DNA of 40,586 bases from NCBI RefSeq assembly GCF_055900595.2, contig NZ_JBVWEU010000005.1, one strand, 5' to 3'. Below the pieces are notes generated by a model. The model was given only the letters and a program-made list of their open reading frames with translations. It was not told where the DNA came from and ran no database searches. The position numbers and the translations under genes are program-made. The DNA is from a plasmid. This document shows, in pieces, positions 16,812 through 25,463 of the stretch (the first letter of the stretch is position 1; each line of letters starts with the position of its first letter).

Positions 16812-17156
16812 CTATTCTTCCTGTTTACGTTTTGCCTCGTCAGCCCACTTTTTAACAATGAAAGCCTGCCGCTCCGGTAACACTACTTCAATACGCACAA
16901 AACCGTCAGGTACTTCTTGTTTATAGGCATCCCACACTCTGTTAACTGCCTGAGAAACAGCCCCGCGAGAAATATCCAGCGTTTCAACAAAATATTTCTG
17001 CGGTCTTCCTTCAACCAGTACGCCGTAAGCGATATCAAGCGTTTGCTTACCAACATTCAGGCTTCGGGTAACTCTTGCAAATACCTCATTAGTCAGGCGT
17101 TTTTTTTCATTGCCCGTTTTGGCAACATGCGGATCATTATTATTAACAGTCGTCAT
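16812..17156 (-). CDS. korA: KorA-like repressor
   Basis: Track ORF starts at 17213, which would place the start inside the KorA operator; the internal ATG at 17154-17156 has an SD and gives ~114 aa. C-terminus carries the PDGFVRIEVVLPERQAFIVKKW motif also seen in TrbA and KlcB. Confidence 0.7.
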   Translation of the reverse strand: MTTVNNNDPHVAKTGNEKKRLTNEVFARVTRSLNVGKQTLDIAYGVLVEGRPQKYFVETLDISRGAVSQAVNRVWDAYKQEVPDGFVRIEVVLPERQAFIVKKWADEAKRKQEE

Positions 17157-17214
17157 AAATTTACTTCCCGGTTCAACGCCTTTAACTAGACGCCTTAATG
17201 ACACCGCAAACAAA

Positions 17215-17226
17215 GTTTAGCTAAAC
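17215..17226. promoter_or_regulatory. KorA operator (OA) GTTTAGCTAAAC
   Basis: Perfect 12-bp palindrome identical to the RK2 class I KorA operator, upstream of korA. Confidence 0.8.
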
Positions 17227-17246
17227 CACGTGTGCAGGTCAATAAT

Positions 17247-17259
17247 TTTAGCTGCTAAA
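17247..17259. promoter_or_regulatory. KorB operator (OB) TTTAGCTGCTAAA
   Basis: 13-bp palindrome with central T, 20 bp from OA; OA plus OB pairing as at RK2 korAp. Confidence 0.75.
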
Positions 17260-17313
17260 ATACACTTTTTTCGATATAAAGAAACAGAAAACTACTCACT
17301 TTTCATCTATTAT

Positions 17314-17341
17314 CAAAAAAAAACCGGCTTATAGCCGGTTT
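17314..17341 (-). terminator. rho-independent terminator after the kinase operon
   Basis: Hairpin AACCGGC-TTATA-GCCGGTT flanked by an A-run on the plus strand (T-run on minus). Confidence 0.55.
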
Positions 17342-17357
17342 ATCCTTGGACATTTAA

Positions 17358-17948
17358 CTAACGACTTAATTTCTTCTTTTTCATTCTGGCCTGCTCAATC
17401 TCTGTCCCAGCGACTTTTTTAAACCAATCAGGCAAATCATTAGAAATGAACTTTGTTTTATCTTGTTCTGTGCGGAAAAGTAATCGCCGTCTGTTATAAC
17501 TGTTATCAAATACCCATACCCGGTCAGCCACGGCCATAGCTTTAGGTAGGTTGGTTACAGAACGCTCGTATCGTCTGAAAATATCATCAACAGGCACATT
17601 ATGACCACCAAGGCTTACACGCTGGTTAACGCGAGCTACTGACATTCCTACATCTTTCACCCCCACATAGATTAAATTAATTTTGTAACCTGCAGTTGCA
17701 GCAAGCTGCATTAACTTAATCTCCCCCATTCCTGTGAGTGTCGTTTCTACAGCGAAAGTACATCTATTTTTGATATTTTCCGTGCGCAGAAAAAGTGCCT
17801 GCTCTCCTGCCTTTCGATTGCTTATACCTTGTTCCCGCGCAATATCATCAGGGTTAACAACCTCTATTTTCCCAAGGATATGTCGCTTAACTAGGGTAGA
17901 TTTTCCTGCACCATTAGGCCCAGCAATAACCCAGAGTTGAGGACGCAT
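17358..17948 (-). CDS. zeta-toxin-like P-loop kinase
   Basis: 196 aa; Walker A AGPNGAGKST at residues 9-18, then IEVVNPDDIA resembling the zeta-toxin hhhDNDxF segment; ATGA start/stop overlap with the upstream ORF. Confidence 0.55.
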   Translation of the reverse strand: MRPQLWVIAGPNGAGKSTLVKRHILGKIEVVNPDDIAREQGISNRKAGEQALFLRTENIKNRCTFAVETTLTGMGEIKLMQLAATAGYKINLIYVGVKDVGMSVARVNQRVSLGGHNVPVDDIFRRYERSVTNLPKAMAVADRVWVFDNSYNRRRLLFRTEQDKTKFISNDLPDWFKKVAGTEIEQARMKKKKLSR

Positions 17949-18199
17949 CAGAGCTTAACCTCAACTACTTTTTCTGTACCAGTCATGAAACTCACCAGTT
18001 CCTTACGGCCATCTGGATATTCTTTTATAACACACCCTTCTGGTGTATTTCGTTCAGCGTAATAAATAGGTACGCCACTAAGAAGATTGGCACGGGCTTC
18101 TTCACCTGCATCATATCCAAGTTGTCTATCAAAAACGGTAAAAAATCGTGCTTCATCAGAAGGTGTCATTTCGGCCAGATGAGATAGATCCATACTCAT
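17948..18199 (-). CDS. small protein translationally coupled to the kinase (candidate antitoxin/partner)
   Basis: 83 aa, acidic; its stop overlaps the kinase start. Confidence 0.45.
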   Translation of the reverse strand: MSMDLSHLAEMTPSDEARFFTVFDRQLGYDAGEEARANLLSGVPIYYAERNTPEGCVIKEYPDGRKELVSFMTGTEKVVEVKL

Positions 18200-18274
18200 A
18201 TTAAACCCTCTATAATTTACAATTAGAAATTAACTGACATTATATAATCAGAAATGCCAACGCATTCATTCTAT

Positions 18275-18598
18275 CTATGACACTTTGGGTTTCCATGTTG
18301 CCATAATGTAAGTGAGAGTAGCCAGTACAAGGAAACTGGTCACGAACGGCCAGGCTGCAGCAAATGGGCCATCACTCCATTTAAACAGCATTTTAAAAAA
18401 CTGGATGACAACGTTCGCGATCAGCAGGAAGCGAACAGGAATCCAGAGAATAACCAGCACCATGTATACCGCACCAATGACACCATACAGGATATTACGT
18501 ACTGTGTTTTCTGATGCTGGACCAGCGACATCCTCGACCGCCCGAATTTGCTGCGGTTTACTTCCCTCTTGACGAGGAAATTTAACGACATTGGTCAT
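18275..18598 (-). CDS. small inner-membrane protein (two TM helices), first gene of the operon
   Basis: 107 aa, hydrophobic core; perfect SD AGGAGG; operators immediately upstream. Confidence 0.6.
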   Translation of the reverse strand: MTNVVKFPRQEGSKPQQIRAVEDVAGPASENTVRNILYGVIGAVYMVLVILWIPVRFLLIANVVIQFFKMLFKWSDGPFAAAWPFVTSFLVLATLTYIMATWKPKVS

Positions 18599-18648
18599 AC
18601 CGGCCTCCTGCTTTATTCAAGTGGTTTACCAAACCTTTACGCATATTA

Positions 18649-18665
18649 TAGGACATATTGTCCTA
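18649..18665. promoter_or_regulatory. putative KorC-type operator TAGGACA-TAT-TGTCCTA
   Basis: Perfect 17-bp palindrome; same architecture as RK2 OC (TAGGGCATAATGCCCTA) with different half-site bases. Confidence 0.55.
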
Positions 18666-18675
18666 TAATTGCAAT

Positions 18676-18688
18676 TTTAGCAGCTAAA
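18676..18688. promoter_or_regulatory. KorB operator (OB) TTTAGCAGCTAAA
   Basis: 13-bp palindrome with central A. Confidence 0.75.
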
Positions 18689-18695
18689 ATCTGTT

Positions 18696-18956
18696 TCACA
18701 CCTTCCAGATTTTACCCAATCCTGCATATTCAACCAGAATAGCCCAGGCCGAAAAAGGAATGGGTGTATCCCCCCCAACCCAGCGCCTGACGGTTCGGCT
18801 GTCTTTCAGACCGGTCAGTGTGGCTGCTTTGCTTCCTGTTAGCTCTGCTATCTGCATCAAAGTACGAATTTCTTCTGGCGTAGGACAATCCCATCCCGCA
18901 CCAAAGGGTAAAAAACATTCTGACCTGATTAAGACAGGGTAGGGTTTAGTTTGCAT
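18696..18956 (-). CDS. korC: KorC-like small HTH repressor
   Basis: 86 aa, starts immediately after the klcB stop (klcA-klcB-korC order as in RK2 kilC); HTH-like segment LTGSKAATLTGLKDSRTVRRW. Confidence 0.5.
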   Translation of the reverse strand: MQTKPYPVLIRSECFLPFGAGWDCPTPEEIRTLMQIAELTGSKAATLTGLKDSRTVRRWVGGDTPIPFSAWAILVEYAGLGKIWKV

Positions 18957-20075
18957 TCACGATTCACCTGTTTTGTTGTCTTCCAGTAATTTCAGTTGAT
19001 CAATATTGTAAAAAGTACGAACGCAAGTAGGGTCAAAATCCACTACCTGAGTTCCGCGACGGTTGATTCGATAACGTATAGGCTTATCTTCATGCGCCTC
19101 CACACATCCTGAATCGTATATCGTAACGATTTTTACAATAGTGCCAATATTTTTAGCAAACACCGGATGATGCACACTCACGATTTCACATCGAGCACCA
19201 ACGTAAAATTCTTTATAACGCTGAACAGTAATCATCCGCTCTTTGTATTCTTTGGAACGCTCCTTTGCCAGTTGCTTGCGCCGTTCGCTTTCGGCCCGCA
19301 TAGTTTCTCTTTCAGCCTCCCGCTCTCTCTGCATAATAGCTGTAATGCGTTCCTGAGCTGCTACAGCCCATTTACGGGCGATAAATGCTTTAGAGGCGGG
19401 TAATAACGCCTCGACCCTAACAAAGCCGTCAGGGAGCGTTAGAGGCGTTCTATCAGGGGGGGGCGAAAGGGATTTTAACCAATCAGGCAAAGGCTCAGAT
19501 GCCAGCCTGTCACGGAAATCAGCAGAGATAAAAGCAGGTTTCTTTCTGGCGTCAATCAGGCTTTGAAATACGCGGGATACGTGTGCATCAACGGTTTCTC
19601 CAGGTCTGACTTCTGAAAGCCTAACAAAATGCGAACGATACCCTGTTTCGGATACAAAGGGTGCGCCTAAATCAACGGCATGAAACGAGGTGGAAAGATA
19701 CCCCATCATACATCCGGCTTCGACCTTAACCCTTGCTCGCATACCACTGAAACTTTCGATGATAAAATCACCGTGCTGACCCCACATAGGAACGCTACCG
19801 TCATCAGCACGGCAATATTCACTGATAACATGAGCCGCTTCATGTTCACCGGCATTACACCCAAAGAAGGTTTTACCGTTCATTTTCCAGATACAGGCTT
19901 CAAACCGGTACACAGCATCATGACGCTGTTGCAGATCACCGGTCATACAGGCTTTATTCAAATCAATTAGCGCTGAGTACGCCGCGTCCAGAATGCGATG
20001 GTCGTCCGGCAGCTGCTGCGCAATGGCTTCCATTTGCTGATCGCGAGAGTCATCGCCAGGATAATGTTTGGACAT
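18957..20075 (-). CDS. klcB: KlcB-like protein
   Basis: 372 aa; contains LPDGFVRVEALLPASKAFIARKW, the KorA/TrbA-type C-terminal motif; position after klcA. Confidence 0.6.
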   Translation of the reverse strand: MSKHYPGDDSRDQQMEAIAQQLPDDHRILDAAYSALIDLNKACMTGDLQQRHDAVYRFEACIWKMNGKTFFGCNAGEHEAAHVISEYCRADDGSVPMWGQHGDFIIESFSGMRARVKVEAGCMMGYLSTSFHAVDLGAPFVSETGYRSHFVRLSEVRPGETVDAHVSRVFQSLIDARKKPAFISADFRDRLASEPLPDWLKSLSPPPDRTPLTLPDGFVRVEALLPASKAFIARKWAVAAQERITAIMQREREAERETMRAESERRKQLAKERSKEYKERMITVQRYKEFYVGARCEIVSVHHPVFAKNIGTIVKIVTIYDSGCVEAHEDKPIRYRINRRGTQVVDFDPTCVRTFYNIDQLKLLEDNKTGES

Positions 20076-20122
20076 ATTAAACCCCTGAAAAATCCCCTGC
20101 AGAGCAGGGGATAAAGACTCAC

Positions 20123-20590
20123 TTAATCGATGGCCGCACGGAACTGCTCATATTCTTGATGCCCGCTGGCGTAATCAAACAGCTGATGATAATAAGCACT
20201 GCATCTTTCTGAAAATGGCAGATTAGAATTAGCAAGCTGGGCCAGCACAAAACTGGTTGCCACCATACCTGCAGCTTCTGCGCTTAACAAACCGTCAAAG
20301 TAATTACCCTGGACAGAAATACGGTAATGTTCACGGCTGTTTGGTGCCATAAAATAACCACCATTTGAAAGTTCATAAAAATCCCACTCACCACCATCGT
20401 AATGGGCTTCAATTTTATCCAGCGCACTACTTAAATATTGGCTTTTATTTTCAGGACTTAATTTACGCATCCACTTATAAGTGTGGTTTTCCACCAAACG
20501 CCAGTATTGGCCGAAGAATTTCGGCATAAACATCAGGCGTTCTTCATAATCTGTAAGTTTACGAGCAGTAACGATAACTTCATTATTCAT
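20123..20590 (-). CDS. klcA: KlcA/ArdB-family antirestriction protein
   Basis: 155 aa; position and size match KlcA downstream of oriV; putative OC in its promoter. Confidence 0.6.
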   Translation of the reverse strand: MNNEVIVTARKLTDYEERLMFMPKFFGQYWRLVENHTYKWMRKLSPENKSQYLSSALDKIEAHYDGGEWDFYELSNGGYFMAPNSREHYRISVQGNYFDGLLSAEAAGMVATSFVLAQLANSNLPFSERCSAYYHQLFDYASGHQEYEQFRAAID

Positions 20591-20643
20591 CGGAGTTCTC
20601 CGGTAATTGACCTGAGTGACTTACCCGGCCTTCACAAACATTA

Positions 20644-20660
20644 TAGGACATTTTGTCCTA
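20644..20660. promoter_or_regulatory. putative KorC-type operator TAGGACA-TTT-TGTCCTA
   Basis: Perfect 17-bp palindrome about 55 bp upstream of the klcA start. Confidence 0.55.
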
Positions 20661-20679
20661 TAATGTGAAGTGTTTTATT

Positions 20680-20886
20680 TTATTTCCCGACAAATTCTGG
20701 ATACAGCAACCACCCAATAACAATGATACATGCAATATCAAAAAATAGAGAACAGTATAAATAAATACCTTCTGCTTTAATAAATTTTGTGAAGTGTGAA
20801 TTAAACAAATCAGCACTTATATTCTCTTTGAGATCTTTATTCATTTTCTTGGCGTCAATCATCGCGTCAATTGACTTTATTAGCAA
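20680..20886 (-). CDS. small AT-rich hydrophobic ORF (possible membrane peptide)
   Basis: 68 aa, hydrophobic C-terminus, low GC; no convincing SD checked. Confidence 0.25.
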   Translation of the reverse strand: MLIKSIDAMIDAKKMNKDLKENISADLFNSHFTKFIKAEGIYLYCSLFFDIACIIVIGWLLYPEFVGK

Positions 20887-21366
20887 TCAAAATGGAACAT
20901 GGAGCCACCAATTTAGAACATTCGAAAAATGATCCAATTTCGCATAACGATTCTAAGACGATCCCTTTAAAGCCCTTCTTTCTGGCGTAAACCCTCCGGT
21001 TCTGTAGCGCATCAGTATTTTGAAGTGTGCTTGGTATCTCTAGCGAGTATCTATGCCCGGCAAAGGTACTTTGCCGAGAGCGAAGCGGCCTATGCTCGCG
21101 TAGCGAGTGAGTCATCTTTGGGGTGAAGACCGCTTGCGGTCGAGGGGCTTGCCCCTGGGGGGATGGGAGGCCGCTTGCGGCCGGGAGGGATTGAGAAGGG
21201 GGGTTTCCCCCCTTCGGGGGCGTCGTTAGACGCGGTTAAAAATAAGGTTAATTTTTTTGGTTAAAAGTGGTTAAAGGATCGGTTAAAAGATCGGTTAAAG
21301 ATCTGGTTAGAGGGGTGTGCAAAACTCAATTAAAGCCATGATTATTAAGGGGAAAAATATCCACAT

Positions 21367-21495
21367 GCGCCCCTCATATGTCATAAAGTAGCCCCTCAAG
21401 TGTCGTAATTCCGCCCCTCAAATATCATGATAGCGCCCTTCATATGTCATAATAGCGCCCCTCAAGTGTCACCTTTCCGCCCCTTAAATGTCGTA
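21367..21495. repeat. six 17-bp iterons at exact 22-bp spacing
   Basis: Copies of GCGCCCCTCAAGTGTCA-like sequence (reverse complement TGACACTTGAGGGGC, the RK2 iteron consensus) with CCCCTCA cores at 21370, 21392, 21414, 21436, 21458 and 21480. Confidence 0.85.
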
Positions 21496-21625
21496 TCTTT
21501 ACCGGGATATTAACAGACTTATCCACAAATTAAGGGGATAATTCTAACGTCTGGTTAAGCTCTATACGCCTAAACAAAATTTCGTGCGGGCTAAACTCGT
21601 CCTAAACAAAGAAGGGCGCAATAAA

Positions 21626-21673
21626 GCGCCCCTCAACTGTCATAAAAAAAATATGTGCCCCTCAAGTGTCACC
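21626..21673. repeat. two further iterons, the second overlapping the trfA stop codon
   Basis: gcgcccctcaactgtca (core 21629-21635) and gtgcccctcaagtgtca (core 21658-21664); the trfA stop (plus-strand tca at 21662-21664) sits inside the second core. Confidence 0.75.
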
Positions 21674-22540
21674 ATTCCTCGCTGCGGCATCGTTAGTTCG
21701 TTTGCAATGAATACGATCTTTATCTATCCAAGCACTATGAATTAACCCACTATCTTTAAGCTCAGCACATGCTTTATTAACCTGCTCTCGCCACTTTTTC
21801 AGGCGGTCGGATTCCGAGCCACACATCATCTTGAATGTATCTAATTTCATAGGATATGGCTCCCGGTGAGAACCAAAGTAATCAAAGAGGCGGCGAGCTG
21901 TAGGTGAAAGTTTACGGTATTTCTCCCACACAAACTTTGAATAGTGCTCACCTGCAAAAAGCAAAACCATCTCTTTATCAATGATGACTTCACATCTTGA
22001 CGACCGTTTCCCACGGTCAAGAACGCGAAAGCGACCAATCAATGAAACAGATTCCAGTTGACCGACACGCTCAGAAATAAATTGCATGGCTGTTGCCTGT
22101 AGGCGTGTTAGGCACTCCTCGGCCTTTTCTATATAACGACCATTATAAGACCAGCCTAGATCCTGGCAAAGTTCGTAAAACGTGAAGGTAATAGGTTCAC
22201 CCATTGGTTTCCTTTTGGCGTATTCAAGAACCTGCTGCCACACAAGTTCATCGTCATCAGCACGTAACTCAAGCCCGGTATAGGTGATCCGCACATCTTT
22301 ATTAATGTGGAAAATCTCTTTCTTCTGCAGTGCTTCACGGGGCTGACGTTTATTCTTGACAGTAAACAGAGCAGAACGAGCATAATCGTTAGGTAATGCC
22401 CGCATCGAATCCGGCCATGGTGCAATGTCAAATAGCGTCAGTTGCTTCTCTGTCTGCCCTTCATTCGCCATTCTGGAGCGCTGATCAAGCGCTGCCTTTT
22501 TTAGCTTTTCAAGTTCAGAATTATTATTGTCATTCTTCAT
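21662..22540 (-). CDS. trfA: TrfA replication initiator
   Basis: 292 aa; segment LSPTARRLFDYFGSHREPYP matches TrfA as I recall it; iterons immediately downstream. Confidence 0.85.
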   Translation of the reverse strand: MKNDNNNSELEKLKKAALDQRSRMANEGQTEKQLTLFDIAPWPDSMRALPNDYARSALFTVKNKRQPREALQKKEIFHINKDVRITYTGLELRADDDELVWQQVLEYAKRKPMGEPITFTFYELCQDLGWSYNGRYIEKAEECLTRLQATAMQFISERVGQLESVSLIGRFRVLDRGKRSSRCEVIIDKEMVLLFAGEHYSKFVWEKYRKLSPTARRLFDYFGSHREPYPMKLDTFKMMCGSESDRLKKWREQVNKACAELKDSGLIHSAWIDKDRIHCKRTNDAAARNGDT

Positions 22541-22614
22541 AAGTGCCTCACCGCTTTGAAGCGCATTGAGAAAAGGCCCTCATCGGGCCTTCCATTCTAT
22601 ACCATCTTGCCCCA

Positions 22615-22989
22615 TCAATCAGTTTTCTTACCTGCAACTGCGGAACTGCTTGCCGGGGATTTTATATTTAAATACTGAATATTCTCTGCAATGTAATCGA
22701 TGCCATACACTTTTTGGCCGTTTGATTCATACTGGGTGTTACGCATAGAACCTTCTACAAAGACCTGCGAGCCTTTTCCTAGGAACTTTGCAGCGTTTTC
22801 TGCAGCCTTACCCCATACCTTGATGCGGAAAAAGTCGGTATATTCCTTAACTTCACCGGTTTCCTGATCTTTATAGCTCCCGTTAACCGCTATATCGAAA
22901 ATTGCGATTGGTGTGCTTTTTGCTGTATACCGTAACTCTGTGTCTTTTGTTAGATTTCCGATAAACTGAAAACGATTAAGATTTTTCAT
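22615..22989 (-). CDS. ssb: single-stranded DNA-binding protein
   Basis: 124 aa OB-fold SSB-like sequence (FQFIGNLTKDTELRY...), upstream of trfA as in RK2. Confidence 0.8.
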   Translation of the reverse strand: MKNLNRFQFIGNLTKDTELRYTAKSTPIAIFDIAVNGSYKDQETGEVKEYTDFFRIKVWGKAAENAAKFLGKGSQVFVEGSMRNTQYESNGQKVYGIDYIAENIQYLNIKSPASSSAVAGKKTD

Positions 22990-23024
22990 ATGCAGTCTCG
23001 ATTTCTGTGACTAAGGAATACAGA

Positions 23025-23036
23025 GTTTAGCTAAAC
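23025..23036. promoter_or_regulatory. KorA operator (OA) GTTTAGCTAAAC
   Basis: Perfect 12-bp palindrome between divergent ssb-trfA and trbA. Confidence 0.8.
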
Positions 23037-23055
23037 AATTTAATTCGGTCAATAT

Positions 23056-23068
23056 TTTAGCCGCTAAA
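23056..23068. promoter_or_regulatory. KorB operator (OB) TTTAGCCGCTAAA
   Basis: Perfect 13-bp palindrome 20 bp from OA. Confidence 0.8.
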
Positions 23069-23147
23069 ATTTACATCGAGGCGTAAGCGTATCGTGTACA
23101 ACCTAATTTTTTTTACTAACATCCTCAGACTTCTTGAAGAAAGAGAC

Positions 23148-23498
23148 ATGACAAAGCAGGAACTATCCCAAAAAGCTGGGGTTTCAATCTCTTTTTTGTC
23201 GGACCTAACAAATGGAAAAGCGAACCCATCTTTAAGGGTGATGGAATCCATTGCTAATGCCCTCGATGTAGCCCTTCCCGTTCTCCTTGAAACAACTGAC
23301 CTTGATGAACACAGTCTTATGCTTATGGCTGATGGAAAACCTGTAAAAAGTCTCCCTCCCGGATATGTAAGAGTGTCCGTAATTCTTTCTGAACAGCAAG
23401 CCTTTCGGGTACGAATGTGGAGTGAACATACACGTCAGAAGTTAGAGCAAGAAGCCAAAGCAATGCTGGAGATCATGCAAGAAAAGAAAAACAGTTAA
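23148..23498 (+). CDS. trbA: TrbA-like repressor (XRE HTH plus KorA-type C-terminal domain)
   Basis: Track ORF starts at 23094; the ATG at 23148 (MTKQELSQKAGVSISFLSDL...) starts the HTH. C-terminal motif PPGYVRVSVILSEQQAFRVRMW. Confidence 0.7.
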   Translation: MTKQELSQKAGVSISFLSDLTNGKANPSLRVMESIANALDVALPVLLETTDLDEHSLMLMADGKPVKSLPPGYVRVSVILSEQQAFRVRMWSEHTRQKLEQEAKAMLEIMQEKKNS

Positions 23499-23532
23499 CG
23501 CCAAAAAGGAATGGGACTGCAGGGATGCAGAT

Positions 23533-23545
23533 TTTAGCCGCTAAA
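23533..23545. promoter_or_regulatory. KorB operator (OB) TTTAGCCGCTAAA in the trbB promoter region
   Basis: Perfect 13-bp palindrome between trbA and trbB. Confidence 0.8.
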
Positions 23546-23680
23546 AAACATCCCCTTTCCCGTCTTCGAACTACCAATAATTTCACTTTAATGTTTGCTT
23601 AACTATTGCCTGAAAACTTGTTTCGTTATATCGTTTGTCGTAATTCCCATTATAAACGCAGTAAAAATAAAGGATGAATT

Positions 23681-24637
23681 ATGGACACTGTAGATTCCGT
23701 CGATTTAAGAGCGATAGAAAAGCTCAAAAGGGACATGGGACGAAGCCTAATGGAAGCGTTAGAAGATCCTGAAACACTAGAAATAATGCTGAATCCAGAT
23801 GGTAAGTTATGGCGTGAAAAATTCGGTCAACCCATGTTCTGCATGGGAACTGTGCCTGTACAACGTTCAAAAACCATTATTCAAACTATCGCGGGCTTTC
23901 ACAAAAAGATTATCGATTCCAACTCGCCATTTCTTGAATGTGAACTCCCTATTGACGGTTCCCGTTTTGCTGGTCAACTGCCGCCACTGGTTGCAGGTCC
24001 AACCTTTGCTATTCGTAAGAAAGCCTCACGTATTTTCCTTCTGGATGAATATGTAGATAAAGGCGTAATGACCAGGGTGCAGGCTGATTTTATTTGTCGC
24101 GCAATTGCCGCTCATAAAAATATTTTAGTTATTGGTGGTACTGGTTCAGGGAAAACAACGCTGTTAAACGCCATCATTGCTGAAATAGTTCGTCAGTTTC
24201 CAGACGAGCGCATCTGCATTATCGAAGATACGGGCGAACTGCAGTGCGCCGCGCTGAATTTTGTTCAATATCACACCACCATTAATGTCACTATGACTGA
24301 CATTCTTCGTCTGATCCTGCGTATGCGACCTGACCGTATTTTCGTAGGCGAGACTCGCGGTCCAGAAGCTCTCGATATGCTTGACGCCTGGAACACCGGT
24401 CATGAGGGCGGCGCGGCCTCACTTCACGCCAATAACACACTTTCTGCTCTCACGCGTCTGCGTTCTTTAATCTCACGTAACCCCTTTGCTCCGCGAGAAA
24501 TTGAGCCAGTAATTGGCGAAGCGGTCAACGTGATCGTTCAGATATCTAAAACTTCTGAGGGTCGCCGGATTAAAGAAATTCGCGAGATTCAGGGTTATGA
24601 AAACGGGGAATATATTTCCCAACTCATTGCGGCTTAA
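23681..24637 (+). CDS. trbB: TrbB (VirB11-family secretion ATPase)
   Basis: 318 aa, Walker A GGTGSGKTT; SD AAGGA. Confidence 0.9.
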   Translation: MDTVDSVDLRAIEKLKRDMGRSLMEALEDPETLEIMLNPDGKLWREKFGQPMFCMGTVPVQRSKTIIQTIAGFHKKIIDSNSPFLECELPIDGSRFAGQLPPLVAGPTFAIRKKASRIFLLDEYVDKGVMTRVQADFICRAIAAHKNILVIGGTGSGKTTLLNAIIAEIVRQFPDERICIIEDTGELQCAALNFVQYHTTINVTMTDILRLILRMRPDRIFVGETRGPEALDMLDAWNTGHEGGAASLHANNTLSALTRLRSLISRNPFAPREIEPVIGEAVNVIVQISKTSEGRRIKEIREIQGYENGEYISQLIAA

Positions 24638-24750
24638 AACATGGAGGGCATATCTACTACACACAGCAACGAAACTCAGGCCATTGAGCAGGCCATAAAG
24701 CTCAACCTAATTCAAATCATTCCAGAACAACCTTTATAAGGGGTTATTTA

Positions 24751-25134
24751 ATGAAAACAGGTTTATTCCACTTCAATCTGAGCAAGCACGCCTTTATTGC
24801 ATTTTTAGGTGCCATGCTGTTCCTCATGGCAGCTGAACCTGCTCTGGCGTCAAACACATCAGGCGGTGGCTTGCCGTTCGATGACTGGATGACCAATATC
24901 CGTACTTCTATTACAGGACCATTTGCATTTACCGCTTCCATTATCGGCATTGTCGGTGCAGGTGCGATGTTGATCTTTGGCGGTGATATGAACGGATTCC
25001 TTCGCACTCTGATTTTCATCGTTCTTGTTCTTAGCTTCCTGGTTGCAGCACAAAACACTTTGTCTGCAATCACAGGGCAGGGTGCCGAACTGGTAGCAAT
25101 GCTGACTAATTCTAAAACTGGGGGAGCGGCATAA
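24751..25134 (+). CDS. trbC: TrbC pilin precursor (VirB2-like)
   Basis: 127 aa, signal sequence plus two hydrophobic segments; SD AAGGGG. Confidence 0.8.
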   Translation: MKTGLFHFNLSKHAFIAFLGAMLFLMAAEPALASNTSGGGLPFDDWMTNIRTSITGPFAFTASIIGIVGAGAMLIFGGDMNGFLRTLIFIVLVLSFLVAAQNTLSAITGQGAELVAMLTNSKTGGAA

Positions 25135-25136
25135 CC

Positions 25137-25463
25137 ATGGCATTACGCACGATCCCCATTCGTAGGGCGGCTTCAAGAACGAACCTCTTCATGGGCGGGG
25201 ACCGTGAATTGGTTATGTTTTCAATCCTACTGGCAGCGGTCCTTATCTTTATGTCACAAGACTGGATCGCTGTTGGTATAGGCATAGTGATGTGGGGGGG
25301 ATCACTTTTCCTGTTAAGGAAAATGGCTAAATCAGATCCGATGTTACGTCATGTTTATCTACGTAGCCTCAAATACAACCAGCCGTATTATGCGCCCCGT
25401 GCCACGCCGTTCCGCAAAAATACAGGAACCCAAGGCAAACGTTATGAAAGGGTGAAAAAATGA
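25137..25463 (+). CDS. trbD: TrbD (VirB3-like)
   Basis: 108 aa membrane protein, start 3 bp after the trbC stop. Confidence 0.8.
   Translation: MALRTIPIRRAASRTNLFMGGDRELVMFSILLAAVLIFMSQDWIAVGIGIVMWGGSLFLLRKMAKSDPMLRHVYLRSLKYNQPYYAPRATPFRKNTGTQGKRYERVKK

Larger units (their letters stand above)
21120..21675. other. oriV: vegetative replication origin (oriV)
   Basis: GC-rich palindromes (21127-21230), A+T-rich block with GGTTAAA repeats (21240-21310), eight TrfA-type iterons, DnaA box TTATCCACA at 21519-21527; lies directly downstream of trfA. Confidence 0.85.

Noticed and set aside
20867-21115. Minus-strand 82-aa ORF at the edge of oriV
   Set aside because: Overlaps the origin flank; no SD found and no motifs; more likely non-coding origin sequence.
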